Source: an uncultured Gammaproteobacteria bacterium
GTDB taxonomy: Bacteria; Patescibacteriota; Microgenomatia; Levybacterales; UBA12049
DNA length: 40,450 nucleotides
Direction: 5' to 3'
Assembly (NCBI GenBank): GCA_964540925.1
Contig: CAZIOR010000003.1
Coordinates: 9,634-50,083 of the forward strand
Made by a program: the position numbers and the translations under genes. This document shows, in pieces, positions 36,122-40,450 of the stretch. Within the stretch, counting starts at the first letter, position 1. Each line of letters begins with the position of its first letter. The notes beneath the pieces were generated by a model. The model saw only the letters and a list, made by a program, of their open reading frames with translations. It did no database searches and was not told the DNA's origin.

Positions 36122-37169
36122 TTATTATTTTTACTAAATTTTTAAAGTCCTGTAAACTATGTGCAGGAAAGTTTCCAATTCTAATTTGTTTTTCTTTATT
36201 TTTTCCATATCCACCACCTAATATAAAACCCCTTGCTTTACAAAAATCTAAAAGTTTTCTTGAACCATTTTTTACGTTAATAACTAAAGTGGTTGTTGAC
36301 CTTAAATTTTTATCTGCAATTGCCAGCGAATAATTAGAATTGTTTTCAAAATAATTATAAACATATTCTGCTTTTTCAACTGTTTCTTTTCTAATCTTTT
36401 CAATTCCCTTTGCATGCATATCTTTAAGTACCTTATTTAACAAATAAAGGCCTAAGACATTTGGCGTCTCCGGAGTTTCTTTTTTGAGCGCATAACTTAA
36501 AAGAGTTGGGAAATTATGATATGTCCCAATACTTTTTTTATTTTTTAATAATAGCTGAGACTTTTTAATTGCCTTTGGACTTAAGATTAAAATTCCTAAC
36601 CCTGCTGGTAAACCAAAACCTTTTTGAACTGATACAAAAACTCCATCTAAATATTTATAATTTAAATTCTCAAAAGGCAAAGAAGAAACACAATCAACGG
36701 CAATTAATAAATTCTTATTTTTTCTTTTTAGTTTATAAATTTCTTCCATTGGAACACTTTCACCAGTACTAGTATCATTTTGAGTTACACATAAAAGCTC
36801 TTGTGTTTGTAGATTTTCTTTTTGTAAAGATTCCACGTATATTTTTTTAGGTTTTTTATTTAATTCCTTTGCGATCTCATAAAACCTCTCACCAAAAGAA
36901 CCAGTAATTAAATGGGCACTTTTTTGCACAACTGTATTTCTAATCATTAATTCCATCGCCTCTGTTCCTGAAGTTATAAAGAAAATTTGATAACCTTCTG
37001 GGATACTTAAAAGTTTTTTTAAAAGACTAGTAGTTTCTGCAAATAAAGTATGAAACTTTTCTCCACGATGATTTAAAGAAGGTATTTGTTCTTTAACAGC
37101 ATCTATCAAGTACCCCTCTACTTTTGCATATAATTTTGATGGACCTACTGTAAAATAAAGATTCTTCAT
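36099..37169 (-). CDS. serC: Phosphoserine aminotransferase (class V aminotransferase)
   Basis: FTVGPSKLYAKV, SLNHRGEKF, LLSIPEGYQIFFITSG and PLP-lysine context SVQKGFGLPAGLGILIL parallel E. coli SerC (SSGPAML, SHRGKEF, AQKNIGPAGLTIVIV). Confidence 0.8.
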   Translation of the reverse strand: MKNLYFTVGPSKLYAKVEGYLIDAVKEQIPSLNHRGEKFHTLFAETTSLLKKLLSIPEGYQIFFITSGTEAMELMIRNTVVQKSAHLITGSFGERFYEIAKELNKKPKKIYVESLQKENLQTQELLCVTQNDTSTGESVPMEEIYKLKRKNKNLLIAVDCVSSLPFENLNYKYLDGVFVSVQKGFGLPAGLGILILSPKAIKKSQLLLKNKKSIGTYHNFPTLLSYALKKETPETPNVLGLYLLNKVLKDMHAKGIEKIRKETVEKAEYVYNYFENNSNYSLAIADKNLRSTTTLVINVKNGSRKLLDFCKARGFILGGGYGKNKEKQIRIGNFPAHSLQDFKNLVKIINEFNKSN

Positions 37170-37172
37170 AAT

Positions 37173-38780
37173 TTACTGCTGAATTATACCACTTAATGAA
37201 CAATAACTTAATATTCTATCTCCCACATAATTTGCGATTCTTAACTGTGCTTCTTCTGTGCTTCCGCCAATATGAGGAGTAAGAATAACATTATTTAAGT
37301 TTTGCAATTCAGATTTAAATTTTTCTCCGTTGTTGGGTTCTTTAATAAATACATCTATTGCCGCCCCTTTTATTTTTCCTTGCTTAATATATTTTGCCAA
37401 AGCAATTGGATCAACAACAAATCCTCTACTTAAATTAAGAAAAATTGAATTATGCTTCATTTGCTTAAATTCTTTATCAGAAATTAATAGTTTGTTTTCC
37501 GCTCTTCCGTCAACATGAACAGTAATGAAATCAGAAATTCTTAACAATTCTTCTAGTGAATTACATTTCTGTGCATTTCCAAAAGACAATTTATCAGCTA
37601 TATCAAAATAATATACATTCATTCCTAAACTTTCAGCTAATATTCCAACACTAGTACCAATATTTCCATATCCGATTATTCCTAAATTTTTGCCTATAAT
37701 TTCATTTGAGTTATTTGCAGACTTGTCCCAAAATCCATCGTGAAGATTATTACTCTTTTGAAAAATTCCTCTACTTAAAATAATAATCTCAGCAATTACT
37801 AATTCGACTACGCTTCTTGAATTACTAAAGGGAGCATTGATTACTTGAATATTTTTCTTTTTACATTCTTCAATCTCTATTTGGTCAGTTCCAATACAAA
37901 AAGCAGCAATGATTTTTAAATTATCTGCACTTAGAATAACTTTTCTTGTTACTTTAGTTTTTGATCTTATCCCTAAAATATCTATATTTTTTATTTTTTT
38001 AATTAATTCTTTTTCTGATAATGAATCTTTAATAAGTTCAACGCTAAAAATTTCTTTATCGAATTTTTCTAAAATACTGATATGAATATTCTCTAGTAGC
38101 AAGACATTAATTTTTTGCAACTTAAAATTAAAGATAAAATCGTTTAATGATTTTGCTATGTAATCCGCTGTACTAATTAGTATTTCTCTATTAATGTTTT
38201 CTGTGAATAAAATAAATTTAGCATTGTTATTTTTTATTTTTATTTCGTAATCTGTATAGCCATCACCAACAACATAAATATCACCTTCTAATTTTAATGA
38301 CTTGACAGTTTTTACTTTTCCCAATGGCTTAGCTAATAAATTATTTTTATCAAAACCTACAACTTTATTTTTTTTATAAATAAAATTATTTCCAAAAACA
38401 TTTTCTTTCAATATTCCAAAATCTTTAACGACAGGATAAATATATTCTTTGAATCCACCTGAGACAATGTAAATATTTTTCCTGTTTTCTAAAATAAATT
38501 TCTTATTTTCTAAAAAAGAATTTGTAATATTTTGTTTTAATAATTTAATCAGCTTATCAATATTCTTCTTATTAATATCCAAAAGCTTTAACCTCATCTC
38601 TAAAGATTTTGTAAAACTGATTCTACCCTCCATTCCTTTTTTGGTGATTTCTTTAATTTTATTTACAATTTCTTTCTTATCCTTATTATTTTCCAAAACA
38701 ATTTCAGCCAACAAATCCATGGCTTCATATTTAATGAAGGTACTATCAAAATCAATAATGAAAAAGTTTGTTTTTGCCAT
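37173..38780 (-). CDS. Fusion protein: phosphoserine phosphatase (HAD, SerB-like) N-terminal domain plus D-3-phosphoglycerate dehydrogenase (SerA-like) lacking the ACT domain
   Basis: Residues 1 to about 215: FIIDFDSTFIKYEAMDLLAEI (DxDST motif I) and VVGDGYTDYEI (motif IV). From about residue 222 to the end it is collinear with my recollection of E. coli SerA (FCIGTDQIE, NAPFSNSRSVVELVIAE, LGIIGYGNIGTSVGILAESLGMNVYYFD, AAIDVF, TPHIGGSTEEAQ). It stops where the SerA ACT domain would begin. Confidence 0.85.
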   Translation of the reverse strand: MAKTNFFIIDFDSTFIKYEAMDLLAEIVLENNKDKKEIVNKIKEITKKGMEGRISFTKSLEMRLKLLDINKKNIDKLIKLLKQNITNSFLENKKFILENRKNIYIVSGGFKEYIYPVVKDFGILKENVFGNNFIYKKNKVVGFDKNNLLAKPLGKVKTVKSLKLEGDIYVVGDGYTDYEIKIKNNNAKFILFTENINREILISTADYIAKSLNDFIFNFKLQKINVLLLENIHISILEKFDKEIFSVELIKDSLSEKELIKKIKNIDILGIRSKTKVTRKVILSADNLKIIAAFCIGTDQIEIEECKKKNIQVINAPFSNSRSVVELVIAEIIILSRGIFQKSNNLHDGFWDKSANNSNEIIGKNLGIIGYGNIGTSVGILAESLGMNVYYFDIADKLSFGNAQKCNSLEELLRISDFITVHVDGRAENKLLISDKEFKQMKHNSIFLNLSRGFVVDPIALAKYIKQGKIKGAAIDVFIKEPNNGEKFKSELQNLNNVILTPHIGGSTEEAQLRIANYVGDRILSYCSLSGIIQQ

Positions 38781-38804
38781 AAAAAAACCTCCCTTTTCGG
38801 GAGG
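38781..38804 (-). terminator. Intrinsic terminator / SD-sequestering hairpin immediately 5' of the serB-serA ATG (attenuator segments 3:4)
   Basis: Minus-strand RNA CCUCCC-GAAAA-GGGAGG-UUUUUUU-AUG. A 6-bp GC-rich stem with a 5-nt loop and a U7 tract. The 3' arm GGGAGG is the only SD for ATG 38780. Confidence 0.65.
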
Positions 38805-38828
38805 ATCTATCTTTTTATTTACAACAAA

Positions 38829-38897
38829 TTACCTCCCGCAGTTATCGCTACTGCAGGATGGTGAAAAATTGTTATTTACATCTACTCGACTATTCAT
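38829..38897 (-). CDS. Candidate leader peptide, 22 aa, Ser/Cys-rich (MNSRVDVNNNFSPSCSSDNCGR)
   Basis: ATG 38897-38895 lies 6 nt downstream of TATAAT; stop TAA at 38831-38829. Codons 12-17 are tca cca tcc tgc agt agc. The uORF overlaps RNA segments 1 and 2 of the alternative-hairpin set. Confidence 0.5.
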   Translation of the reverse strand: MNSRVDVNNNFSPSCSSDNCGR

Positions 38898-38903
38898 AAG
38901 TTA

Positions 38904-38931
38904 ATTATACATTTCTTAAATTTACTGTCAA
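38904..38931 (-). promoter_or_regulatory. Near-consensus sigma70-type promoter between secA and the ser operon
   Basis: Minus strand: TTGACA (38931-38926), 16-nt spacer, TATAAT (38909-38904). It starts 2 nt after the double stop TAGTAG of secA. Confidence 0.6.
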
Positions 38932-38935
38932 TCTA

Positions 38936-40450
38936 CTAATTTGGCCAATGACATTTTTTATATTTCTTTCCGCTTCCACACCAACATGGATCATTTCTTC
39001 CAAGTTTTTTCTTAGCTTTTAATTGTTGGTCTTTTGAAACTTCTTTATTATAATTTTCTCCAGCAGCAACCTCTTTAACATTAGCATTATTTAAAGGATT
39101 TTCAACCAATGGCTCTGTATGAACATGCATTTTATATACCCTATGCACTATCTCATCATCAATAGTACCAATTAATTTCTCAAACATGACAAATGCTTCA
39201 TTTTTGTATTCTACTAATGGATCTTTTTGTCCATAGGCCCTAAGACCTACACCTTGCCTGAAATTCATGATTGCATCTAAATGGTCTGTCCATAAGTTAT
39301 CAATAACTGATAAATTAACATATCTTTCAATTTGCCTCATTAAATCTTTGCCCATTTCTTTTTCTCTTTTTTCATAAAGCTCGTCTGCTAAATTAGTTAG
39401 AAAATTAATTTTTCCCTCATCTCCACTTACTTGCTCAAGCTGCATTGCAATTTGTTTTATTGAATCTTCATCAAAAAGAATAATAGTCGAAAATTCTTGA
39501 GCAATTCTTTCCGATACTGACTTACCCTCATCAAATGAATTAGACTGAATATTAACAATGGCTGCTATTGCATCATGGATTTTTTCTAAGATATCTTTCT
39601 TTAACTGTTCAGATTTTTCATCAATTTCTAAAACGGCTCTTCTACGTTTGTAAATAATTTCTCTCTGTTTATTTAAAACATCATCATATTCAACTTCATG
39701 CTTTCTAGCATCAAAGAAGTGTCCTTCTACTTTTACCTGAGCTTGCTCAATAGCTCTTGAAACAAGTGGATGGGAGAGTGGCACATCTTCTGGCATATTA
39801 AATCTAGTCATTAAACCTGAAATTGTATCCCCACCGAAAAGTCGCATAATTTCGTCATCTAATGCAACAAAGAATTGTGATGTTCCTGGATCGCCTTGCC
39901 TTCCTGACCTTCCTCTTAACTGATTATCTATTCTTCTTGATTCGTGTCTTTCTGTTCCAATAACATAAAGTCCTCCAAGCTTTAATACTTCATCATGATG
40001 TTTTTGCCAAGTTTCTAATTCTTTTCCTTTTTTATCTGTTCCATCTGTATTTCTAGGTGGCTCTCCTCCTAAAATAATATCGACTCCTCTTCCAGCCATA
40101 TTAGTCGCAACAGTTACTGCTCCTTTTTCTCCGGCTTTGGCAATAATCTCTGCCTCTCTTTCATGGTTTTTAGCATTTAATACCTCATGCTTAATTCCTT
40201 TTCTTCTTAGAAGTTCAGAGATAATTTCGTTTTTATCAATAGAGGTGGTTCCAACTAAAACTGGCTGCCCAGTAGCATGTATTTTTTCAATCTGAGCTGC
40301 AATAGCGCTAATTTTAGCTCTATTGGTTTTGTAAATTGCATCAGACAAATCTTCTCTAACCATTGGTCTGTGCGTAGGAATTGTAACAACTTCTAATTTA
40401 TAAATCTTATTAAATTCTTCAGCTTCAGTTACAGCAGTTCCCGTCATACC
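38936..40450 (-). CDS. secA: Preprotein translocase ATPase SecA, C-terminal about 504 aa (5' end beyond the window)
   Basis: Starts mid-motif (G)MTGTAVTEAEEF. Contains TNMAGRGVDIILGG, ERHESRRIDNQLRGRSGRQGDPG and the C-terminal zinc-binding tail GRNDPCWCGSGKKYKKCH. Confidence 0.93.
   Translation of the reverse strand, partial: GMTGTAVTEAEEFNKIYKLEVVTIPTHRPMVREDLSDAIYKTNRAKISAIAAQIEKIHATGQPVLVGTTSIDKNEIISELLRRKGIKHEVLNAKNHEREAEIIAKAGEKGAVTVATNMAGRGVDIILGGEPPRNTDGTDKKGKELETWQKHHDEVLKLGGLYVIGTERHESRRIDNQLRGRSGRQGDPGTSQFFVALDDEIMRLFGGDTISGLMTRFNMPEDVPLSHPLVSRAIEQAQVKVEGHFFDARKHEVEYDDVLNKQREIIYKRRRAVLEIDEKSEQLKKDILEKIHDAIAAIVNIQSNSFDEGKSVSERIAQEFSTIILFDEDSIKQIAMQLEQVSGDEGKINFLTNLADELYEKREKEMGKDLMRQIERYVNLSVIDNLWTDHLDAIMNFRQGVGLRAYGQKDPLVEYKNEAFVMFEKLIGTIDDEIVHRVYKMHVHTEPLVENPLNNANVKEVAAGENYNKEVSKDQQLKAKKKLGRNDPCWCGSGKKYKKCHWPN

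Noticed and set aside
38781-38804. The GC hairpin plus T7 tract interpreted as the simple terminator of secA.
   Set aside because: A near-consensus promoter and a 22-codon uORF lie between the secA stop and this hairpin. The hairpin 3' arm is the serBA Shine-Dalgarno, and its U-tract abuts the ATG. An attenuator/SD-sequestor reading explains more of the sequence. It remains a formal alternative until 3' ends are mapped.
1-40450. Searches by eye for tRNA/rRNA genes, CRISPR repeats, transposase/integrase genes, toxin-antitoxin pairs and known defence-system genes.
   Set aside because: Every gap over 60 nt was read on both strands and none shows tRNA-like T-loop/acceptor features or spaced repeats. 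All large ORFs are accounted for by housekeeping, envelope or glycan functions. A covariance-model scan (tRNAscan-SE/Infernal) would be needed to exclude small ncRNAs.

Overview
AT-rich (about 30-33% GC by eye), very gene-dense bacterial chromosome segment with about 47 protein genes. I found no rRNA, tRNA, CRISPR array, transposase or integrase. Many neighbouring genes overlap by ATGA or TAATG, and nearly all intergenic gaps are under 70 nt. The compaction and gene content (DUF5679-type zinc-ribbon microprotein, half-size TsaB, wHTH regulator fused into the secDF operon, many small membrane-anchored hypotheticals) suggest a reduced-genome lineage such as Patescibacteria/CPR; this is inference only. 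The standard code appears to be used: RF2 is present and TGA serves as a stop. Layout: recJ (partial) diverges from cca, an ABC exporter and yqeY. A minus-strand block carries DUF4446, DUF3048, wHTH, secD and secF. A small island at 9.0-10.7 kb holds two zinc-ribbon microproteins, a standalone C39-like peptidase and a half-size DMT. An 11 kb surface-glycan cluster (11.4-22.7 kb) encodes a GT-C/PMT-like transferase, a Ppm-like GT2-GtrA fusion, uxs, gmd, rmd, ugd, rmlD, rmlB, rmlC and two GT2s. A long minus-strand array (32.0 to 22.7 kb) carries a 125-aa protein, Nramp, prfB, a 155-aa protein, ftsE, ftsX, a coiled-coil/C39-like hydrolase, a TP-linker surface protein, tsaE, tsaC, tsaB, a CAP-domain protein and a 90-aa membrane protein. 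uppP and an MGMT-like gene follow on the plus strand. The last operon is serB-serA fusion, serC and three envelope proteins, preceded by secA (partial). The most interesting signal is the 155-nt secA/serBA spacer. It has a near-consensus promoter, a leaderless 22-codon Ser/Cys-rich uORF and four RNA segments arranged like the trp attenuator, with the terminator hairpin also burying the serBA Shine-Dalgarno. Second is an FtsEX-linked secreted coiled-coil protein whose hydrolase module is a C39-like cysteine peptidase rather than LytM, CHAP or NlpC/P60. A recurring -10 box 6-9 nt from the start codon suggests leaderless mRNAs at operon heads.
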